DNA from: Octopus vulgaris
Taxonomy: Eukaryota
Length of the DNA stretch: 64,000 nt
Assembly (NCBI GenBank): GCA_951406725.2
Contig: OX597821.1
Span: 20,026,001 to 20,090,000 of the forward strand
Reading direction: 5' to 3'
This document shows, in pieces, positions 54,298 to 64,000 of this stretch; position 1 is the stretch's first letter; every line of letters begins with the position of its first letter. The translations under genes were made by a program, and so were the position numbers. The notes under the pieces are model-generated. The model did not search any database. It was not told the DNA's origin and saw only the letters and a list, made by a program, of their open reading frames with translations.

Positions 54298-54502
54298 TAT
54301 ATATATATATACTAACTCATAACAGCTGGTATTGTGTATAAAATTGTTCGGTTAAAAGTGAAACAGCAATAGGATACATGTAGCTCTCCTGAGGTGGGGT
54401 GTATATGCGTTTACAAGTTTCAATTATAGAATGAATATTGATTGAGTGTATTGCTATAGTAGAATTGTTAAGCGAATCGATATATCACGATATGTAGAAC
54501 TA

Positions 54503-55761
54503 TCAAGTCATTAAGAATGAAACGTCCAATTTCCTTTTGCACCAAACTTGACAGTCGTTAAATCTGAAGTTTTATCTTGACAATTCTTTGTTGTACAACA
54601 GTGAAGAGTTACAACCAACACTTTTCGAAATGCAATTCATGGTGTCTGATTACATTATGAGTTTTCTCATGTAAATCAATTTCTGGGAACCCATGGATAG
54701 ATAAAAAATTCATGTTGTTTATGAATATGAGTTCCGTCGTGGTACCAATGTGTCACAGAGAGCTCGAGAAATCAATGAGCTGTTTGGTGAGGATGTGTTG
54801 AATGAGTGCACTGAATGTCGATTGTCTGAGAAGTTCCGGTCTGGTGACTTTACCCTTGAAAATCAATCCCGTGGTAGACCTGAGAGCAAGTTGGATAATA
54901 ATGAGCCGGAAACTTCAGTGGAAACGGATACATCTCAAACTACGCGTGAGTTCGTAGCAAGGTTTGATATTTTAATTCCAACTGTATTAAACCATCTGAA
55001 GCAAATCGGCAAGGTAAAGAAGCTGGACAAGTGGGTAACAGACGAATTGAACGAGCATCAAATGACACGTCGTCTTGAAACTTGCTGTTCATTGCTGTCA
55101 CAGCATAAAAGCGAGTCATGTATTGTATTGTTACGTGTGATGAAATATGGATTCATTTTAACAATAACAAGCGTTCTGAGCAGTGGTTGGATAGAGATGG
55201 TGTTCCAAAACATAATCCAAAAAGGATTATTCACCAAAGAAAGCTAATGGTGTCTGTTTGGTGTTCCAGCACTGGTGTCGTCCATTACAGCTTCATGAGA
55301 CCTGGTATGTATGCATCAACCAGCTGGATGAAATGATGAGTGAACTTGCTATTAAACAACCGAAATTGGTCAAAAGATATAGGCCAATTCTCTTACAAGA
55401 CAATTCTCAACAACATGTTGCCCAAAGAACGCTACTCAGGTTACAGGAACTGGATTTAGAAGTACTCTCTTATCCATAATATTAACCAGACCTTGCACTA
55501 TCACGTTTTCCAGACATTTTTTTGCAACTTTTTGCAGGGAAAAGCTTCAAATCTGAAGAAGATGCAAAACCAGTCTTTCCTGACTTCATCACACTCTTGC
55601 TCTCCAGAATTCTTTGCTGCCGGCATAAATAAGCTACCAATAAAATGGAAAAATTGTGTTGATAATTTAGGTGTATACTTTGATTAACTGCATTGCTTTT
55701 TGCTGAGATAAAGTAAAATAAACGTTCAGTTCAAAATCGTACGTCATTCTTAATGAGCCGA
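54503..55761 (+). mobile_element. Decayed mariner transposon (~1.26 kb)
   Basis: Imperfect TIRs (TCATTAAGAATGA core) with TA at 54501 and 55762; transposase remnants YEFRRGT, RGRP, WVTDEL, IVTCDEIW, LLQDNSQQH, YP..PDLA; frameshifted. Confidence 0.9.
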
Positions 55762-56124
55762 TATTTACTTCTTTACGAACACATCATAAGTTTGCCCTAT
55801 AAAAGGAATTTCTTTCTTAAATATAAACTCGGAATTGTAAACGAATGGATACAAATAGGAAAAAAGTTTTAATATATGTTCATGATTGTGTCTCATCATT
55901 AGTATGGATGGGTACACATCCACGAGAACGTAAAATGGGTGTGCATATTCGGATAAATATATGTATGCATATACACATTTTGCGTACATTGGTATTGAAT
56001 CAGTGTATGTGTATGAATAGATACGTGTCTGTGCAAGTAAATGTGTTATTTTAATAGCTTCTCTTTATGACTTGAGAAGCAACAAGGTAAAATGTGTGGT
56101 AGTCATATTATATACCTAAAATTA

Positions 56125-56509
56125 GTGGAGGCGCAATGGCCCAGTGGTTAGGGCAGCGGACTCGCGGTCATAGGATCGCGGTTTTGATTCCCAGACCGGG
56201 CGTTGTGAGTGTTTATTGAGCGAAAACACCTAAAGCTCCACGATGCTCCGGCAGGGGATGGTGGTAATCCCTGCAGTACTCTTTCACTACAACTTTCTCT
56301 CACTCTTACTTCCTGTTTCTGTTGTACCTGTATTTCAAGGGGCCGGCCTTGTCACTCTCTGTGTCACGCTGAATATCTCCGAGAACTACGTTAAGGGTAC
56401 ACGTGTCTGTGGAGTGCTCAGCCACTTACACGTTAATTTCACGAGCAGGCTATTCCGTTGATTCTGATCAACCGGAACCCTCGTCGTCGTAACCGACGGA
56501 GTGCTTCCA
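56125..56509 (+). mobile_element. tRNA-derived SINE family B head, tail type 3
   Basis: A box TGGCCCAGTGG; 14-bp TSD TATRCCTAAAATTA at 56111-56124 and 56510-56523. Confidence 0.88.
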
Positions 56510-57258
56510 TATGCCTAAAATTAAACTTGTAAGTTAATAGGTTTTCTTATCCAGCTGAGATAAGGAATAAAGAATATACCACTAGTTTACTTTGAAGTTG
56601 AGCGATAACAGACACAGATGACAGAGAAATATTCAAGTAATCCTTTTATGGCATTCTTATCGAGAGATGCTCTTTTTTAATTCTCCTAAATTTCCAGGTG
56701 AAATATCAGTGGATATGAGGATATTTTATTCTTTATGTTTTATTTCCCTTCATTTATTTGTGGTGTTTTGTTTCTCTTTATAACACTTTCTGTTTCCTTC
56801 TGCCTGTTTGTGTGACGTTTACTAAGAATAGTATTTCGGTAAGAGCATACCACGTGGAGAAACTGAAGATGAAATAGCAGTGCTTCCACTATGATTACCA
56901 GAGAATGTGCATGAGTACAGCAATTGTTGAATCAGATTTATACAAAATCACGTATAATATACATAACATACCTAAGTTAACAAATGGACTGAAACAATGG
57001 TAGTGATTGTAATGAAACCTGTTCAACCCGTCTTCTTGTATTAAGATTTTCTTGTCGATATTCTACGGATATCTACGTATTTCCGAGTGAATATCCTACT
57101 GTAGAATGATGTTTGAGAGCCGATACCGTGTAGGAAGCTTTAGAACGCACATTATAGATTTATTACCCAGATTTTATATATGTGTATGTAACGTATACAC
57201 GTGTGCGTGCATTGATATATATGTATATGTATATATGTATGTATATTTCTCTCCCTCC

Positions 57259-57333
<75 letters not shown>

Positions 57334-57344
57334 GAGAGAGAGAG

Positions 57345-57600
57345 AGAATACAGTGTACATTCAAACACAAAAGAGATACCCAAAGAATAGGATATCTGAC
57401 TCACTAGAAAGAGCAGTTAAACTCCCAGCCACTAATTGTCGTAATTCCGAAAGTGATTGAAAAATAAAAACTTTTACCAAGTTTTTATTTTTCAATCAGT
57501 TATTTTTCAATTAGTGGCTTGGAGTTTAACTGCTCTTTCTAGTGAGTCAGATATCCTATTCTTTGGGTATCTCTTTTTGTTTGAATGTACACTGTATTCT
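57345..57600. repeat. ~125-bp-arm inverted repeat between microsatellites
   Basis: 57345-57472 pairs with 57479-57600 with one internal mismatch block. Confidence 0.9.
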
Positions 57601-57717
57601 TCTCTGAATAATATATAGTCTATTGACTAATTTTTTTCCTTCTCGCTAGACCATTGGTAACTAAGTAATTTTTCGATAAATATTCTTGCTACGCTAAGAT
57701 GTTAATTTTATACATAC

Positions 57718-57787
<70 letters not shown>

Positions 57788-58021
57788 GTTTGTTGTATCT
57801 TTAATTATAATAAAGACAATTTTACATTAATTTGACGGGTTACACTGTTTGTAGAGTACAAATCCATTATTCTTAAACACGAACAATAGTGATAGTAACT
57901 TCAAAGAATCGGCAGCGTCTTAGCTGACCGACATTTCCGAGTCATTATCAACAACTTTCTTCTTAAGGAATTATCTCTCTGTCCCTGTCTCTCTTTCTCT
58001 CTCTCTCATTCTCTCTCTCTC

Positions 58022-58194
<173 letters not shown>

Positions 58195-58891
58195 AACATT
58201 AATTAATAATGATGAGAATGTAAATTGTTCACATCCATAATTTCATCTAACAGTTATTTACAGCATATTTTCTGGAACTACACGTGTTTCAATTGCAGCG
58301 ACTGCACTTATCATTGTTAATATTATCAATTACTCAACGAAAAGTATCCACCCGTGAAAGGGACACTCGGAATTACCGAAAGAGAGACGTTACCAGGTCC
58401 TGACAACTCATAGTTAACTCGAGTACTACTTATGGACCGTTACAGTTAGCCGGCATCTGAAACTGACTTGAGAGAACATACGTTTCGAATTGCTTGAGGT
58501 GGCTGTAGTAGAACATTTACCAAAAGGGTAAATGACGTGAAGAATTGGTAATGTTTGGAATGGTTTGTATTGAATATATAGGAGGAAAGAGAAGGAAAAA
58601 TGAACGAATATTTTGGAAATCTGACATCATCGAATTGTGCTGAACGTTCGCTTGCATGTGGGGCTGTTCGATACACTTATGATTCTATTAGTTATATTCT
58701 AATGCTTGGTCGAGCATAAAAAATATAGTTTCTGTGATTCTAAATTTTGAAGAAAACTGTTCATTAGTAACTTACTTAAATATGTATAGCAAAAGAAAAA
58801 ATAATTTCAAATATAATCTTAAACTATATTAGCTAAAAGTCGATAAAAATGTTTGACCTTTCTAAGAATAAAATTTACTTGTGTTAAAGAT

Positions 58892-58955
<64 letters not shown>

Positions 58956-59299
58956 ATGTATGCAAAGTGCGTCTGTGTATGTCTATGTATATGTAAGTTT
59001 TCATAGGAAGCTATTTCTTTAGAATTTTTGTATAAAAAGGAATTTATAATAAATTGTAAAACCTACAAATTTAAAAAAAGGAATTTGGAGTATTCTATAT
59101 ATGTAATACTGAAATAAAATAAAATATATGATAGAAGCAAAAACTTATAAGATTTATTAATTCAAATTCTAATGAAGTAAAAAAGTTTAAATGCAAAAAA
59201 TTAAATCATTTAAGAGAGAGAGAGAGACAGAGAGAGAGGGAGAGAGAGAGAGAGAGAGAATATGCGAAGCCAAAGGATATGATTATTTTGAGAAAATAT

Positions 59300-61810
59300 C
59301 ATTTATTTCTTCATTTAATTGAAAGAAAAGAAGCATAAAGAAAAAAACGGCACCTACGAAGTTGTAAAAGAAATATCTAAATACATTAGAAATGTAATAT
59401 TTTATCTAATTATAAATGGAGAATTCGAAAGATATTTCTACACTTCATCTCAAATGAAGACCTAAGAAATGTACCCTACACATAAAGTATATCTAAAATA
59501 TCTGATTCATAAAACTGTATGTATTATACTTTTTTTGACAAGGTTCTACAATATAAACTAAATGTCGAACATATCTATGTATGAAACAAATGTTTCTCTT
59601 GTGTTAATGTATATATTTCATCGCGATATTATTTTCTCACATTATCGATAACATGTTCACATCTATTTGGCAAATTGTTAATCCATCAAGCGTAAATCTA
59701 AAATATTCAATATCATACTTAGCTTCTTCATAGTTACTTAATTCTACAGTAGGATATACATTCGGAGATCCGCAAATATCCGTAGAATATCAAAAAGAAC
59801 ATTTCAACTTCTTCACCATTAAGAAAATATTTTTCTTTGAATAATGTCGCAGTTACCTGAATAGTGACCAGAAGCAAGGCATGGAGAGTAAAAATTATGA
59901 GACAAAGCTTCCATATCTAGTGCTATAATCTTTTCCTGAACAACTTGGGCAATAATTTACCTTGCATTGTCAAATAAGAGCAAGAACTCTTTAGAACTGA
60001 CTAATGATGGAAGCTTTTTCTGTGAGCATTTGTGCATTGCTTGGAGATGACAATATTTCTCTGCTTTAAGTGTTTTGTTTTAGTTGAGCATTTCACATTA
60101 GGCGACACGCTTCATATCCACCAAAAAGGAACATAAATGTTTTGAGTGTAGTCTTAGTTTGAGGACATATTCTCTTTTACTTTTGGGTACTTTACAATGT
60201 CCATTTGGTTGGATCCGATTTTAGGGAACCCACTTTTCCTCACTTGCGATCATCTGCCCAGGAAATATATATTAACTCTTCAATGTCAAGTAAAGATAAA
60301 TTCTTTGATAAAAACCGAGAAGTAATCAAATGATTAAGGACCAATTGACGAGCTGTAGATATTTATCCTAGTGGATGAAGATGTTTACGATGAAAGTGCT
60401 ATTGAATGCAAGTGTTTTCTCTGGAATTTTTTCAACTCTGGAATTTCTTCGTGCATGCTTGTGCATTATTGTTCTGTTCAAATCACATAAGCTTTGTTCC
60501 TAAGAATGTTTCCACTAATTTGATTTTAGTAGATATATTTCTAAGAAACTAGTCCTATTTTACGTTTTTATAACCATAAATCTCATCAAGGATATATATA
60601 GTTATATAAAATACAGAAATCTGTAAAATTAATTCAACTATCATTTGGAAATATATATCGGATTACTTCATTTGGAAATCTTCAAATGAGAATCACTTCC
60701 CTTTCTGAGGTTCACATAGATATCAATGAATATATCATTACCGTGCATCTTCTGTTAGATATACACTCTAATATATATGTCCGTTTTATAAGCTTACTCT
60801 CCCGTTGTTTTAACAATTTTCTTTCTTATTCTACTGCAAGTTGCGTTTTTATTTCATTTTATAAAATAGTAAATGTTATGCCTCGATCTGAAGCCAAAAA
60901 TTTTCAAAAGCTCTGCATCCTTCTGCTAACTACTAGTATTTTAAGGCAACAACGAGTCTTTGAAAAGATCTTATCCTAGAAAACTCAACAGCTTTATATA
61001 CTCAAAAGATGAATAAATATTTAGTATTACAAGCAGATGATGAAATTGCATAAGATTTATATTCTGATGAAGTTCCTTAAATATTACATCAATGTAATAT
61101 ATATTTTTAAGAAAGAATACAAGATAAACTCCCACTTTCGTGATTCAGGTTAGAATTGAACCAACGTACTTAGTTAAACTAACACTCATCACTTTTTAAG
61201 ATCACTAATTTAATTCATTAAGAAAATATTCCCTCCTTTCTCCACCTCCGCCTTCTACTGCTATGATTCCTTGATATATAAAATTGCTTAAACTATTTGT
61301 ATAATTCCAACAACTACTAAATGGGAACTTGCACAGCCAGTATTGAACTCTGAGAAGGAAGCGTTGCTCAATAATGGGTATATATACAGTTTATTTTTAC
61401 GGGCAACTTACCCTCAGAAACGACCGTAGGACACTTAATATTTTATACTTTACATTCCTCCTAGATTTTTAATTTTCATTTCATTTCATTAATTTAATTT
61501 TCATTTGATTACATTAATTTAATTTTCATTCTGAGTCGTTCCCCTTTTTAATTTAAATATATTTATACATCTTCATTATATTTTCATATATTTATGTGTC
61601 AATATTCACATGTGTATGTTTTTAAATGTATTAATTACCCTATATAGTTCTAATGCATTTATATATTTACATATTTTTAATGTAGCAAATGTATTTTAAT
61701 ATATACCATATAAGTATATGCTTCTGGTGATTCTTCTGTACCAAGTCTATTGAAGAAAGCGATTTGGCTTATTGCTTGTGGACTGAATTATCTGGTGATA
61801 TCCCCGCTTA
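59300..61810 (+). pseudogene. Possible ancient, heavily decayed PLE
   Basis: Scattered weak motif remnants in expected order: HFTLGDTLH..QKGT*M (~60090-60140), SLLSRCFN (~60790), YIKLLK (~61275). Low certainty. Confidence 0.3.
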
Positions 61811-61816
61811 TATGTA

Positions 61817-61871
<55 letters not shown>

Positions 61872-61874
61872 CCA

Positions 61875-62836
61875 TCGAAACACGCATTGAGTCGAACCAG
61901 GGGCGGCTGATGAAGGGGAGTTTTCCTTGTATTGTTTGTCCTGTACTCTGTTTTTTCGTTGTTAAAAAAAGTCTGTTTCTTTGTTTGATTTTATGTTTTC
62001 GTTTCTCGTTGTGTTATTTGTGGTGTTCTGTACTCATATATATATATATATATATATATATGCATGTATATATATATATAGATGTAAGTATGTACATATA
62101 TGTATGTATATATGCATACATTTTATCTATTTATCATATTGTTATTATACGACCGAACGCACGCGTTGTTTCTCTTCCCCAAGTAAGTTTTTATTTGAAT
62201 AATCATGACGCGTACTCTTACTCTTTACTTGACCTTTCCTCCCTGCCTGTCTGTCTTCTTCTCTACTTGTCTCTCTCCTTCTTATTTTTCACCCTTTCTG
62301 GTTTCTTTCCCCCCCCCTCTCTCTCTCCTCCTCTTCCTCCTCTCTCTGGCCGTTGACCGGAGAGCTACTAAAACTTTCTTTCAGCTCCGTGTTTTCAACA
62401 AGCATACATCGATTTCCCTGTCTTTCGCAACACGATTTTTCACATGCGTTCTAACTAATTTTTACACCGTCTAGGCCTAAAAAAGCCCTTATTGTTTGTT
62501 CCCTGTCCCGTTATACATTATTTATACTATTATTTCTACTGTTTTTTCTTCATTTGTATTGCTTTTACGTCATGTTCTTTGTCACTTGTTTTACCCCTCT
62601 GCAAAAGAATTTTATTTAATTCCTTTTGCAGGAAGGATTGCTTCGCCCTAGCCGTATTCTGGCCTTACCTTCGAAACACGCATTGCGTCGAACCAGGGGC
62701 AGCTGATGAAGGGGAATTTTCCTTGTATTTTTTGTCCTGTACTCTGTTTTTTCGTTGTTAAAAGAAGTCCGTTTCCTTGTTTGATTTTATGTTTTCGTTT
62801 CTCGTTGTGTTCTACGTTTATTTGTGGTGTTCTGTA

Positions 62837-62840
<4 letters not shown>
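61875..62840 (+). repeat. Tandem pseudo-LTR arrangement upstream of PLE ORF
   Basis: ~165-bp direct repeat 61875-62037 / 62671-62840, each followed by (TA)n. Confidence 0.8.
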
Positions 62841-62884
<44 letters not shown>

Positions 62885-63203
62885 TAAGAAAGTTTGTTTG
62901 GTAAAGCACGTGGGTGAATATATAAGAAAATAGTAAAGTGTGAAAAAACGACAGAAGGCTTAAATGTTAAAAAATATATATATTTGTGTCAAAATGTCTG
63001 GAGAATATTGGAAAATTTTTTTTCCTTTCCTTAAAATGACATAATTTTAAAATTTTTAAAGAAATTACCGGTTTCGCGTGTAGCTTTTCAAATTTCTTGT
63101 GACGTTATGTTTATATTGCATGGAGTTATCGTTGTATTTATTTTCAGGAGATTTCTAAATAAGGGGAGGTAGTGAGTGATTTCTTCCGGTGTAAGGGAGA
63201 TAA

Positions 63204-64000
63204 AAACCGAAGATAATCAATCTTTCAACCAAACCTCTTTCTAACATAAAAATTGACATCCTCGCAAAAGGGCTCAAATTTACACCAACTCCACGCAGAG
63301 CAAACCTAAATAAACTCAAGGATAATATAACAGAATTTTGCAGAAAATTAAGACTAGCAGAAGCATCAAACAGTTTCAATACTGAAGATGAATCACTAGT
63401 CAAGAACAAAAGTGAACACATCCCACACAGAGGAAGAAATAAAGATCTTGACGAATTCTGTAACCACATTGAGAACTTCCCCTACCATACTATACATAAA
63501 CAGAAAGCTAACCCAAATTTTAACACTACACAATGGAAAGAACTGATAGAACTCCAAAATGATGAAGATATAACCATTAAGGAAGCGGACAAGGGAAATG
63601 CAGTTGTAATAATGGATACATCATACTACAGAAATCTTGTAATTTCCTTGCTTGATGAAGACCTACATTATGAAAAAATTACCAACTACACCCCACAAAA
63701 AATAATGAAAACTCTATCTTCACAAATTAAAACCCATGAAAAGGAACTGACAACCAAAGAGATTGATTTCCTAACAAACTTTAAATGCAAACCTAGCCTT
63801 TTCTATGGTCTGCCAAAAATTCATAAAAGTCAAATTATAAATGAAACAATTAAAAAATCACCAAAGACATACATACACACACCTAATCCGGGGGACCTAA
63901 AACTACGACCCATTGTAGCTGGCCCAACCTGTGAAACACACAGACTAAGTCTACTTATGGACATCCTCCTGAAACCCTTCCTTAAACATATCGATAGTCA
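63204..64000 (+). CDS. Penelope-like element reverse transcriptase, N-terminal part (runs off window)
   Basis: Open frame by hand translation: IINLS...LAKGLKFTPTP...IKEADKGNAVVIMD...FYGLPKIHK...LRPIVAGPTCETHRLS; in-frame TAA at 63201, first in-frame ATG only at 63612. Confidence 0.9.

Noticed and set aside
58330-58700. Unique GC-richer block, possible promoter or first exon on minus strand
   Set aside because: No diagnostic motif or homology I can support from sequence alone.
61347-61432. CTGAGAAG...GAAACGACCGTA with long hairpin
   Set aside because: Core non-canonical and no stem I; at most a decayed relic.

Overview
AT-rich, microsatellite-saturated animal (non-bacterial) genomic DNA with no confidently identifiable host gene. 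The repeat complement (tRNA-SINEs resembling the octopus OK/OR families, CR1-group LINE, Dong/R4 and RTE fragments, mariners, Helitrons, Penelope-like elements) suggests an octopus/cephalopod intergenic or intronic region; this is inference from recognition, not from a search. Most ORFs in the track are translated (TA)n/(TATG)n/(CA)n repeats. Real coding remnants: a decayed CR1-group LINE (37853-41790, -), a Penelope-like (PLE) GIY-YIG 3' half present as a ~3.2-kb palindrome (47421-50648), an open PLE RT frame running off the right end (63204-64000), two mariners, and Dong/R4 and RTE fragments. The strongest unannotated signal is a set of hammerhead ribozyme (HHR) motifs from several distinct sequence families: one fully canonical (977-1023, -) and several minimal or core-variant. 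They sit mostly in short non-coding elements embedded in (TA)n arrays, often ending in fold-back hairpins, and the same motif type occurs in the terminal repeat of the PLE palindrome. Together this looks like a TA-microsatellite-targeted PLE/mini-retrozyme system. All structures were paired by eye; no folding or database search was run.
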